Below are positions 63,833-64,000 of a DNA stretch of 64,000 bases, one piece after another. Both the position numbers and the translations under genes were made by a program. Positions within the stretch are counted from its first letter, which is position 1. Each line of letters opens with the position of its first letter. The notes under the pieces are model-generated. The model saw only the letters and a list, made by a program, of their open reading frames with translations. It was not told the origin of the DNA and ran no database searches. The DNA comes from Perna viridis (lineage: Eukaryota): NCBI GenBank assembly GCA_037379345.1, contig CM074525.1, forward strand, positions 24,793,840-24,857,839. Reading direction: 5' to 3'.

Positions 63833-63933
63833 GTATGGATGAGGGATCTTGGAATTCCGCCAACCCTCCTGGGCCTCACGGATCTCATGGTCCTCCTGGT
63901 CCTCCTGGTCCACCTGGGTCTTTCAATAATCAG
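63833..63933 (+). CDS. TCF12: E-protein exon (GMDEGSWNSANPPGPHGSHGPPGPPGPPGSFNNQ); gene continues beyond the window
   Basis: cttttacag acceptor, CAG|GTACTT donor, phase 1 fits; G-x-DE...SW resembles the vertebrate segment after AD1. Confidence 0.8.
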
Positions 63934-64000
63934 GTACTTATCTATTGACAATTGCTTAGATGGAAATGATCATAACAGATTTCTCTAACTTACCCAGTGG

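Overview
AT-rich eukaryotic genomic DNA, most likely a bivalve mollusc (inferred from the repeat landscape and gene content). Reading splice sites by hand gives two divergently transcribed intron-containing genes that the ORF track mostly misses. (1) On the minus strand (25967..2176) is a complete gene of about 17 exons for a secreted protein of about 1,130 aa. It has a signal peptide, about 12 antistasin-like Cys modules (mostly one per phase-1 exon), a central G/Q/S/P-rich block of about 450 aa with GPF motifs, and an apparent alternative terminal exon. (2) On the plus strand are the first four exons of a class I bHLH E-protein gene (TCF12/TCF4/daughterless-like), starting at 44155 and running off the window. 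The rest is mobile DNA and tandem arrays: many Penelope-like (Naiad-type) RT fragments, a decayed PIF/Harbinger element, an RTE LINE, a CR1/L2-type fragment, three copies of a SINE-like element, MITEs, and more than 10 minisatellites, some with higher-order structure. Main observations: a complete HDV-like ribozyme fold at the exact 5' end of the RTE; tandem arrays grown from the 5' splice donors of three exons of the antistasin-like gene; a splice acceptor whose polypyrimidine tract comes from a retroelement end; a satellite seeded from a MITE terminal repeat; and a SINE-like element with a pseudoknotted head instead of a tRNA head.
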